A stretch of DNA of 64,000 nucleotides from an uncultured Armatimonadia bacterium (GTDB lineage Bacteria; Armatimonadota; Zipacnadia; CAVVLO01), in NCBI GenBank assembly GCA_963749155.1, contig CAVVLO010000001.1:768001-832000 (forward strand), given 5' to 3'. Of the stretch, positions 10,782 to 19,304 are shown piece by piece. Position 1 is the stretch's first letter, and every line of letters starts with the position of its first letter. Both the position numbers and the translations under genes were made by a program. A model generated the notes under the pieces. The model was not told the DNA's origin and did not search any database. It saw only the letters and a list, made by a program, of their open reading frames with translations.

Positions 10782-11177
10782 ATGTCTGAAGGCACCTTCG
10801 AAGAGAAACTCGGTAAAGCCGACCAGTTAAGGCTGGAGGGGAATTATGATGATGCCCTCCAGATCTACGAGATGTGCATGGCTGAGAAACCGCATGACCT
10901 GGAAGCCATATATGGCAGGGCTCTGGTATACAACTACACCGGGCTGTTTGAAGAATCGTTAAGTGAACTCGAACGAGTTAGAGAAATGAATCCGAATTTT
11001 CTCAAGGCAAGAATCCATTTGGGATTGACATATACCATGCTGGGTATGTATGAACAGGGCAAGAAGGAGCTCAAAGAAGTTCTCCGTCTTGATCCGGGTA
11101 ATCCGGAAGCCCTGAAGCACCTGGCATACTTCCCGGATGAAGAGGGCACTGACGAGGACGGCAGCTACGTATTGTAA
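10782..11177 (+). CDS. TPR-repeat protein
   Basis: Three ~34-aa helical repeats (G.Y..A...Y......P; LG..Y..LG.YE....L..VL.LDP.N) and acidic tail. Confidence 0.85.
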   Translation: MSEGTFEEKLGKADQLRLEGNYDDALQIYEMCMAEKPHDLEAIYGRALVYNYTGLFEESLSELERVREMNPNFLKARIHLGLTYTMLGMYEQGKKELKEVLRLDPGNPEALKHLAYFPDEEGTDEDGSYVL

Positions 11178-11213
11178 ACGCCCAGGGGCCCCTTTCTTAC
11201 TGGGAGTGTGGTA

Positions 11214-13058
11214 ATGGATACGGTCCAAATTTTTATTGAGCCCCGAGGGCTTTTACTGAAAGCCGGGGCAGGTTCCACGTTGCTTGATGCGCTTCGAGCC
11301 GCAGGTATCGAACTCGACGCCCCGTGTGGAGGCGCCGGCACCTGTGGCAAGTGCAAGGTTATAATCACTGAGAATCCCCCACCGCCCACCTGGGCAGATG
11401 AAGAAGCGCTTTCTGATGCGGAAGTCGCTGGTGGTGTGCGCCTGGCTTGTCGAGTCAAGCTGGCGCGAGATCTGAAGGTGCGCCTCTTCGAAAGCCACGA
11501 GCGCGGACTGCAAAAAGCTCCGACTTTTGAATCGCCACGCAAGTTTAATCCTTTGCTGCAATCGGCCATACTCGAGCTGCCAAAGCCTTCTCTCACGGAT
11601 CAGCGCAGTGACTCGGAACGCGTCTTCGATACTGTTAGCCAGGCGACCGGAGGAAGCTGCAATCCGGCGCTTACTCCCCTCAGCCTGCTTGGGCGTTTCC
11701 CTTCCATCTTGCGCGAGGCGGGCTGGCGAGTCGAGGCCTTGTTCGATGATGTCTTCCTGCTTGGGCTTAGGCCAGCCGGAGAAAAACTGCCTCCGCTTTA
11801 TGGAATCGCGCTGGACATTGGCACTACTACACTAGCTGCTTATGCCGTAGATATGCGAACAGGCCAACGGCTTGGCACCGCAGCTCGCATCAATCCCCAG
11901 CGAAGCTTCGGCGGAGACGTAGTGTCACGTATAGAGGCTATCTCAAGTGGCTCCACCCAGTCAGCGACTCTGCAGGAACGTGTGATGGAAGGGCTCAACT
12001 CGCTCATCCTGGAGGCTTGTCAAGGCTGCGGAGCATGTATGGAAGAGGTTTATCACGTCACAGTCGTTGGCAATCCGACAATGACTCATCTGTTCCTTGG
12101 GCTGGATCCCCGCAATATGGCTGCGGCCCCTTATATTACTGTGCAAGGCGACACTTACTGTGTGCGGGCGAAAGAGCTGGGTCTTTCGGTAAATCCAGAG
12201 GCGCGCGTCTTCGTATTGCCATCAGTGTCGGCCTATGTTGGCGCCGATACAGTGGGTGTTATCCTCGCGACTGGTATGGACTTGTCCGACAAGACTACCC
12301 TGGCGATAGATATTGGCACTAATGGAGAGATGGCTCTCGCTCATAAAGGTCGGCTTTATTCGTGTTCGACCGCGGCAGGACCAGCCTTCGAAGGGGCCAA
12401 CATTAGTCAGGGGATGCGCGCCGAGGCAGGGGCGATTTCTGAGGTCCACATCAACCACGATGTGGCGATGAAGACCATCGGCATGCAGCCAGCCCGGGGT
12501 ATCTGTGGCTCAGGCCTCCTGGACGCTGTAGCCGAGTTGGTCAAGTCAGGGCTAGTGGCGTCCAGCGGGCGGATGATGGGACCTGAAGATGCGCTTGCAG
12601 ATGGCTTGCCCGAAGCGCTTTCCGCTCGAGTTGAAGCAGCAGAAGGTGGCAATCGTTTCAGACTTACACCCGAGACTGCTACAGACCAAGTCTGGCTTAC
12701 CCAGCGCGATGTTAGAGAGTTGCAACTGGCAAAAAGTGCCATCCGGGCAGGAATGGAGACGCTGCTGTCAAAGGCTGGGATCGGTTACGAGGAAATAGAA
12801 GCCCTTTATCTGGCGGGCGCCTTTGGCAATTACCTGGATAAATATAGTGCCGCGGCGGTTGGTATGGTGCCTGGTGCGTTGCTCGACCGTATCATCTCCG
12901 TCGGAAATGCCGCCGGTTCAGGTGCCGAACTGGCCTTGACAGACAGAGAAGCTTGGGGCAGGATAACGCGAATCAAAAACGAAATGGTTTATGTGGAACT
13001 TTCTGCCAATCTGGAGTTCCAAGAGTTGTACGTAGACCATATGATGTTCCCAGACTAA
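11214..13058 (+). CDS. ASKHA-type ATP-dependent reductive activator of corrinoid proteins (RACo/AcsV/DUF4445-like) with N-terminal 2Fe-2S ferredoxin
   Basis: CGGAGTCGKCKV...RLAC ferredoxin; DIGTTT, GGDVVSRI, YVGAD, DIGTNGE, AAGPAFEG, GICGSG, LQLAK.AI, AGAFG. Confidence 0.93.
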   Translation: MDTVQIFIEPRGLLLKAGAGSTLLDALRAAGIELDAPCGGAGTCGKCKVIITENPPPPTWADEEALSDAEVAGGVRLACRVKLARDLKVRLFESHERGLQKAPTFESPRKFNPLLQSAILELPKPSLTDQRSDSERVFDTVSQATGGSCNPALTPLSLLGRFPSILREAGWRVEALFDDVFLLGLRPAGEKLPPLYGIALDIGTTTLAAYAVDMRTGQRLGTAARINPQRSFGGDVVSRIEAISSGSTQSATLQERVMEGLNSLILEACQGCGACMEEVYHVTVVGNPTMTHLFLGLDPRNMAAAPYITVQGDTYCVRAKELGLSVNPEARVFVLPSVSAYVGADTVGVILATGMDLSDKTTLAIDIGTNGEMALAHKGRLYSCSTAAGPAFEGANISQGMRAEAGAISEVHINHDVAMKTIGMQPARGICGSGLLDAVAELVKSGLVASSGRMMGPEDALADGLPEALSARVEAAEGGNRFRLTPETATDQVWLTQRDVRELQLAKSAIRAGMETLLSKAGIGYEEIEALYLAGAFGNYLDKYSAAAVGMVPGALLDRIISVGNAAGSGAELALTDREAWGRITRIKNEMVYVELSANLEFQELYVDHMMFPD

Positions 13059-13119
13059 GCAAGCTACGCCCGAGGGCGTTGCGCATAAGCCAGACCATAC
13101 CGACAGGGGGAAGTTGACA

Positions 13120-13752
13120 ATGGCGGATTTTGAAGCACTGCAGCAGGCCATCATCAATGGCAAAAACAAGGACTCGCTGGCGCTGACCGAAGCGCTACTA
13201 GCCGAGGGAGTAACTGCCAAGCAGATCCTCGATGAGGGAATGATCCCCGGCATGAACGTCGTTGGCGAGAAATTCAAGAACAACGAGTTCTACGTGCCTG
13301 AGGTTCTGATTGCCGCTCGCGCTATGAAAGCTGCAATGGATCTTGTTCGTCCCAAGCTGCTTGAGGCCAAAGTAGAGCCCAAGGGCCGGGTCGCTATTGC
13401 CACCGTGCGCGGCGACCTGCATGACATCGGCAAGAACCTGGTCGCCATGATGCTCGAGGGCGCTGGCTACGACATCATCGACCTGGGTGTAGATTGCTCG
13501 CCCGAGCAGTTCGTAGATGCCGTCGTAAGCCAGGGGGCTGGTCTCATCGCGATGTCCGCCCTGCTTACAACCACGATGCCTTCGATGAAGGAAACCGTGG
13601 ATGCCCTGAAGGAAGCTGGCGTGCGCGACAAGGCCAAGGTTATGATCGGTGGCGCGCCTGTGACCCAGCAGTATGCTGACGAAATCGGCGCTGATGGTTA
13701 TTCCGCCGATGCTGCCAGCGCGGTTGATCTGGCCAACAGCCTCATCAGCTAA
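13120..13752 (+). CDS. corrinoid (cobalamin-binding) protein of a methyltransferase system
   Basis: B12-cap domain (GM..VGEKF...EFYVPEVL.AARAM) plus GDLHDIGKNLV, SALLTTT, IGGAP; GGGGG SD. Confidence 0.95.
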   Translation: MADFEALQQAIINGKNKDSLALTEALLAEGVTAKQILDEGMIPGMNVVGEKFKNNEFYVPEVLIAARAMKAAMDLVRPKLLEAKVEPKGRVAIATVRGDLHDIGKNLVAMMLEGAGYDIIDLGVDCSPEQFVDAVVSQGAGLIAMSALLTTTMPSMKETVDALKEAGVRDKAKVMIGGAPVTQQYADEIGADGYSADAASAVDLANSLIS

Positions 13753-13806
13753 GTAAAATATCGATTACCAGAGTCCGCTCCGATTCCAGTCGCGGGAGGC
13801 ACCCGT

Positions 13807-14970
13807 ATGGATAAGGTAAGGGCGGCAATCATAGGCACGGGCTTTATCGGCCCTGCTCATGTAGAAGCCGCGCGCAGACTTGGCTTTGTGGATATGGTAG
13901 CGGTCGCCGAGAAAGATCAGGCGACCGCTCAGTCCAAGGCCGATCAGCTTTCGATTCCGGAAGCGACTGGTAGTTATCAGTCACTGCTGGCCAGGGATGA
14001 TATCCAGGTCATCCACAACTGCACGCCTAACAATATGCACTACCAGATCACCAAAGAGGCGCTGCAGGCCGGCAAGCATGTCATCTCCGAAAAACCCCTG
14101 GCGATGAACTCCTCAGAGTCACGCGCCCTGGTCGAACTGGCTCGCGAAAAAGACCTGGTCAACGCGATTGACTTCAATTATCGCAACTACTCGCTGGTGC
14201 AGGAAGCTCGCGATATGGTCGAACGCGGCGAGGTAGGCGATATCTACGCCGTCCATGGCAGCTATCTGCAGGACTGGCTCTATCTCGACACCGACTGGAA
14301 CTGGCGCCTTATCCCCGAGTTGGGTGGCACCTCGCGCGCTGTGGCCGATGTTGGTTCTCACTGGTGCGATCTGATCGAATTTATCAGTGGGCTGCGCATC
14401 AGGAAGGTCTTCGCCGATCTGGTTACCGTCCACAAGATCAGGAAGAAGCCAAAAGTCGAAGTAGAGACTTATGCCGGCAAAGAACTGAAGCCAGAAGACT
14501 ACGAAGATATGCCCATCGATACCGAAGATTATGCCTCGGTACTCTTCGAGCTGGCCAACGGTGCTCACGGAGTTTTTACCGTCTGTCAGGTAGCGGCTGG
14601 ACGCAAGAACCGACCCTATTTCGAAATCGATGGCTCCAACTGCGCTTTGGCATGGGACCAGGAGCGGCCCAATGAACTGTGGATTGGCCGTCGAGAGGGC
14701 CCTAACCAGTTGCTGATGGATGATCCCTCCTTGCTTTCGCCTCGGGCGAAGGCTTTCACCCACTTCCCGGGAGGGCATCCAGAGGCCTATCCGGACGGAC
14801 TGAAGAACTTGATGATGCAGGTCTATGGGTATATCCGAGCCGGTAAGCGACCCAGCCAGGCGCCGCCACCCTTCTCGACCTTTGCGGATGGCCATCACGA
14901 GATTCTTATGGTTGAGGCCGTACTCAGGAGTAAGGAGACAGGTGGCTGGGTAGACGTGCCAGAGTTCTAG
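13807..14970 (+). CDS. Gfo/Idh/MocA-family NAD(P)-dependent oxidoreductase
   Basis: IGTGFIG, CTPN..H, KHVISEKPL, D.GSHW.D. Confidence 0.93.
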   Translation: MDKVRAAIIGTGFIGPAHVEAARRLGFVDMVAVAEKDQATAQSKADQLSIPEATGSYQSLLARDDIQVIHNCTPNNMHYQITKEALQAGKHVISEKPLAMNSSESRALVELAREKDLVNAIDFNYRNYSLVQEARDMVERGEVGDIYAVHGSYLQDWLYLDTDWNWRLIPELGGTSRAVADVGSHWCDLIEFISGLRIRKVFADLVTVHKIRKKPKVEVETYAGKELKPEDYEDMPIDTEDYASVLFELANGAHGVFTVCQVAAGRKNRPYFEIDGSNCALAWDQERPNELWIGRREGPNQLLMDDPSLLSPRAKAFTHFPGGHPEAYPDGLKNLMMQVYGYIRAGKRPSQAPPPFSTFADGHHEILMVEAVLRSKETGGWVDVPEF

Positions 14971-14995
14971 TCCAGCTTTTCAATTGTAGTAATAG

Positions 14996-15034
14996 CGCGC
15001 CGGCCGGAACCTCTTCCGGTCGGCGCTGTTCTTT
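14996..15034 (+). terminator. intrinsic terminator
   Basis: CGCCGGCCGGAA-cctc-TTCCGGTCGGCG stem followed by T-rich tract. Confidence 0.6.
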
Positions 15035-15086
15035 GAACTGGAACCTCGATGAGGCTCGAGGCGTTCTCCTAGCAGAAGTCCTGCTA

Positions 15087-15095
15087 TGCTATAAT
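15087..15095 (+). promoter_or_regulatory. extended -10 promoter element
   Basis: TGCTATAAT about 30 nt upstream of the 15128 start. Confidence 0.6.
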
Positions 15096-15127
15096 CAATT
15101 GCCCGAGACAGGGCAAGGTGAGGCCCA

Positions 15128-15808
15128 ATGTTTAGCTGGTACGCAAGTATGTGGATTCTGATTCCGGCCGTTTTGCTTGGGATCTACGCCCAGATAAAAG
15201 TGAAGTCTGCTTTCGGCAGGTGGTCCAAGGTTGGCAATGCTGCCGGGCTGTCAGGCGCCGAGGCTGCTGAGCGCATATTGAAGGCAGCAGGCGTTGCGGG
15301 AGTGGCTATAAAGCCCGCGACAGGCTTCCTCAGTGATAACTACAACCCGATGAATCGTACACTCAACCTGTCAGAGGAAGTCTATGGTTCGACTAGCATT
15401 GCCGCGGTCGGCGTTGCCGCCCATGAAGCAGGTCATGCCATCCAGCACGCCAGAGGATACTTCCCCCTGGCTGTCCGCACTGTGCTGGTGCCTGCCGCCC
15501 AATTTGGCAACTTCCTGTGGATAATCCTCTTTATGGCAGGCTTCTTCTTCAACAGTCCCACGATGATGTGGGCAGGCATTCTCATCTTCTCGGCTGCTGT
15601 AGCCTTCACCATCATTACTCTGCCAGTTGAGTTTAACGCCAGCAGTCGCGCAGTGAGAGCGCTTGATGATTCGGGTATATTAGTCTCTAACGAGCTGCAG
15701 GGCGCCAAAGCGGTGCTTGGAGCCGCTGCCCTGACCTATGTGGCGGCTGCGCTGATGGCTATCCTGCAATTGCTTCGTCTTATTTTGCTAGCACGAGGTC
15801 GCGACTAA
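15128..15808 (+). CDS. membrane zinc metallopeptidase (YugP/Zn_peptidase_2 family)
   Basis: LSDNYNP, VAAHEAGHAIQH (HExxH), LPVEFNAS.RA, AALTYVA. Confidence 0.92.
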   Translation: MFSWYASMWILIPAVLLGIYAQIKVKSAFGRWSKVGNAAGLSGAEAAERILKAAGVAGVAIKPATGFLSDNYNPMNRTLNLSEEVYGSTSIAAVGVAAHEAGHAIQHARGYFPLAVRTVLVPAAQFGNFLWIILFMAGFFFNSPTMMWAGILIFSAAVAFTIITLPVEFNASSRAVRALDDSGILVSNELQGAKAVLGAAALTYVAAALMAILQLLRLILLARGRD

Positions 15809-15825
15809 AAGGAGCCAATCCTCTG

Positions 15826-16245
15826 ATGAAGCCCCTCTATCTGCTGCTGATGGCTGTCACGCTAGGCGCGACAGGACAGATCTCCTTGAAGTATGGAATG
15901 AACAGATTTGGCGCGGTAGAGGGCTTCAGCTTGAAAGTGCTGGGAGCACTGACCTCGCCCTACGTGCTTTTCGGATTTTTCTGTTATGCCTGCAGTTCGG
16001 TGCTCTGGCTAATGGTAATCTCTCAGGTCAAGCTGTCCTGGGCTTATCCGATGCTGGCCTCGAGTTATGTGCTTATCGTTTTCCTCTCCTGGCTGGTGCT
16101 GAAGGAGTCCGTATCCAGGCCTCAGTTGCTGGCCCTGGCGCTCATAGTGATTGGGGTAGGGTTGCTTTCTCAGACAGAGAATAAAGCAACACCAAAGGCC
16201 CAGCAAATAGCACAGCCTGGTCTTGAGCAACCAGCTCCAGACTAG
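15826..16245 (+). CDS. SMR/EamA-type small transporter, ArnE/ArnF flippase-like
   Basis: Four TM helices; GQ..LK.G, W...S...LS.AYP, KE.VS motifs. Confidence 0.75.
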   Translation: MKPLYLLLMAVTLGATGQISLKYGMNRFGAVEGFSLKVLGALTSPYVLFGFFCYACSSVLWLMVISQVKLSWAYPMLASSYVLIVFLSWLVLKESVSRPQLLALALIVIGVGLLSQTENKATPKAQQIAQPGLEQPAPD

Positions 16246-16276
16246 CGCCAGCCCTGAGCAAGGACGCCATCGCCTT

Positions 16277-17644
16277 ATGAGAGTCGCTCTGGTCTTCCCG
16301 CGTTGCCGTTATCCAAGTGGCGATCCACCGCTTGGGGTGGCTTACCTTGCCGCCCTTGCCGAAGAGGCGGGCCACGAGGTAACTGTCATCGACACTACCT
16401 TCGCGCGCGATCCTGGAAGCCTGCTGCGGCAGGCTCTGGAGAAGGAGCGCTTCGACCTCATTGGGCTGTCTCTAATGACCGTAATGGTAAGAGACGTTCG
16501 AGAGCTGCTCCCCCTTATCAAGCAGTTGCAGCCTCAGGCGCGCCTGGTGGTGGGCGGTCCCCATGCCACCGTAGAGCCCTTGGCTACCCTTGAGCTGCCA
16601 GGCGTCGATGTGGTGGTGCTTGGCGAAGGAGAGGACACCTGGTGCGATTTGCTCGCAGCTGGCGGCAATCCTGAGGGCCTTGCTGGGTTGTGGTTTCGCA
16701 GGGGCGAGGAAGTCATCCAGAACGAGCCACGCGCCCCAATGGCCAGTCTGGATAGTCTCCCACTGCCAGCCTGGCACCGGCTGGATATGAAACAGTATCT
16801 GGCCAGTTGGTTTCACCTTGATGCAATTGGCCCAAACCTGCCGGGAACCTCAATAATGGCTTCCAGGGGATGCCCCTATAGCTGCAGCTACTGCCAGCCA
16901 ACTCTGGACAAGCTGTTCGGCAAGAAACTCCGCTGGCGCTCTGTAGAGCACGTGATGCGCGAGCTGTACGAACTCAAGCGTCTGTATAATCCGCGCGGGC
17001 TTATGTGGCTCGATGACACCTTTACAGCCAACCCGCGTTGGGTAAAGCAGTTTTGCGATCAACTCACAGCCAGCAAGCTTGGATACCAGTGGGGTTGCAA
17101 TGTCCGGGCCGACACTGTAACTCGTGATTTACTCCTGGGGATGCGCGAGGCCGGACTGGTGATGGTGCATCTGGGTATCGAGAGCGGTTCTCAGCGGGTG
17201 CTTGATGACATCTACCGCAAAGGCATTACACTCGAACAGGTAGCTACTACTGTTGAGATAGCCAAGAGTCTTGGGCTTTATGTGCGCGGGTATTTTATGA
17301 TGGGCGCGCCCACAGAGACTATTGAAGAAATCAAGGCTACAATAGAACTGGCTTCCTCACTCGAGCTTGATGATGCCAGCTTCAGTCTGACAACTCCCTT
17401 CCCGCACACTTATCTTTGGGATTTCAGCAGTCAATATCTGGCGGAGGGGCTCGAGGATTTCGATTATTACAAGGTGCCCCCTTACAGAGCTGGTTATGCT
17501 GTCAAACCAGAATTACTGAAGAAGCTCAGACGTTATGCTCTGCTTAAATTCTACTTCTCACGCAAGCGATTTGCGCGTACACTCAAGTCACTAGGTTCAC
17601 CACTGGCGCTTCACAGGAACCTGCTGAAACTGCGGAGGTTCTAA
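16277..17644 (+). CDS. cobalamin-dependent radical SAM protein
   Basis: PPLG.AYLAA, GGPHAT, GEGE B12-binding domain; SRGCPYSCSYC (CxxxCxxC), DDTF, GIESGS, FMMG.P.ET. Confidence 0.92.
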   Translation: MRVALVFPRCRYPSGDPPLGVAYLAALAEEAGHEVTVIDTTFARDPGSLLRQALEKERFDLIGLSLMTVMVRDVRELLPLIKQLQPQARLVVGGPHATVEPLATLELPGVDVVVLGEGEDTWCDLLAAGGNPEGLAGLWFRRGEEVIQNEPRAPMASLDSLPLPAWHRLDMKQYLASWFHLDAIGPNLPGTSIMASRGCPYSCSYCQPTLDKLFGKKLRWRSVEHVMRELYELKRLYNPRGLMWLDDTFTANPRWVKQFCDQLTASKLGYQWGCNVRADTVTRDLLLGMREAGLVMVHLGIESGSQRVLDDIYRKGITLEQVATTVEIAKSLGLYVRGYFMMGAPTETIEEIKATIELASSLELDDASFSLTTPFPHTYLWDFSSQYLAEGLEDFDYYKVPPYRAGYAVKPELLKKLRRYALLKFYFSRKRFARTLKSLGSPLALHRNLLKLRRF

Positions 17645-17646
17645 AA

Positions 17647-19304
17647 ATGACCTTTCAACGCGGCGAGATACGCTGGGCGATAGTGCTTTGCCTGGGCCTT
17701 GTAGTTGCCCTCTACATACCTTATATTCCGGCTGGATGATGACCCCTCCTGGTTATCATTATGTCTGGGAGGTCTACAACGCCGATGAGGCGGCCGTCTA
17801 CGATGCCTGGATGTATCAGGCGATGGAAGGCCGCTGGATTTTCGCCGACCTCTTCACTACCGAGCCCCAGCGCCCCCATTTCTTCAACGTTTTCCACCTG
17901 TTTTGGGGGAAGTTCTCCGGTTTGATATTCCCTGCCTCAGCCAGAGAAGGTGTCCCCACGGCGGTGCAGTATGGGGCGCATTTTGTGCGGCTGTTCTCCA
18001 ATCTCTTCTTCTTTGCGGTAGCCTACTGGTTTGTCAGTCTCTTCTTCCTTGAGGTCCGCTGGCGAAGGATCGCCTTCTTTGCACTGGCTTTCTTCGGTGG
18101 ACTGGGCTGGTTGATCAAGCCAGTAGCCGAAATGATGGGCTTTGGTGAAGGCAAGGCGGTCTATTATCTACCTGTAGATGTCTCCCCAGGGCTGTTGATG
18201 CCTGAAGCTACGACCTTTATGTGCCTTCTGGCAAGACCGTTATTTGCTTTCTCAATGGGCCTGGTGATGCTTGTCCTCGGCGGGCTCTATCTTTCTTATT
18301 CTACCGAGAGCTGGAAGCCAGCTTTCCTGGCGGCTGGCGCCGCTTTGCTGCTGGGTAATGTCCATACGTATGACCTGGTGCCTTTGATGGTTATTACGGT
18401 GCTTTTCTTCTTGCTTCGTTGGCGGATAGAGCGCAAGATTGTGCTAGCAAACTTATACAAAACTATACTTATTCTGGCTGCTTGCCTGCCTGGCCTGCTC
18501 TATGCGGCTTTCGTTTTTTCTCTTGACCCCATCTGGCGCGCGAAGGCTGAAACAGGCACTCCCTCTCCTCCCATACTGGCTTATATACTGACTTATCTGG
18601 TGTCGTTGCTGCTGACAGTTGTGGTGTTGGTGCGCTGGCGCGCCTCAGCAAAATGGCAACTGCTGTTGCTTTCGGTACCTGTGGTTTTGCTGCTGGCTTA
18701 TTTACCGGTGTCGTTCCAGCGCAAGCTGATTGAGGTCTTGCCTCCCATACTGGCTGTGCTTTCGGTCGGCGGTCTGATGGCTTTGTGGGATCGGTGGGAG
18801 CGGTCAAATCCTCACCCCGCCATGCTGACGGCCTTAGTAGTTATTTTCTTTGGTCTGATTACCCCGAGCGGACTGGTTAATCTGGCCCACACCTTCGCTT
18901 TGTACAGCCAGGGAGGTATGCCAACAGGGCTACCTCCTTACTATATGAGCTCCGGTCAGTTCGATACGCTGTTCGCGCTCCGGGAGAATACCAGGGGAGG
19001 CGGCGCAGTGCTTGCCGACCCTATGCTTTCGGCTTATGTGCCCGGCCACACTGGGCTCGCGGTCTATGTAGGCCACTGGGCTGAGACTCTGGAGTTCGGA
19101 CGCAAGTTCAATGTGTGGAAACGTTTCTGGGAAGCCAATATCTCGTCTGCAAAACGTAAAGAGTTTTGCAAGAAACATGGTATCCGGTTCCTCGTTGTAG
19201 GCCCTTCGGAGAACTACCTGTGTAAAGGACGACCGCCAATCCAGGACATAGCCTATCCAATTGGCACCTTCGAGGACCATAGTCTGTGGGTGGTAAAGCC
19301 GTGA
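17647..19304 (+). CDS. polytopic membrane protein, GT-C-like glycosyltransferase (frameshift near 17726)
   Basis: ATG just after the rSAM stop gives a TM helix; a 1-nt shift (ATT[T]CC) joins it to the long ORF; D..VY..WM.Q...G first loop, ~12 TMs, C-terminal soluble domain (VYVGHW.ET). Confidence 0.6.

Noticed and set aside
11178..13119. Cobalamin riboswitch ahead of the B12-related genes
   Set aside because: Intergenic gaps are only ~35-60 nt and lack a B12-box.
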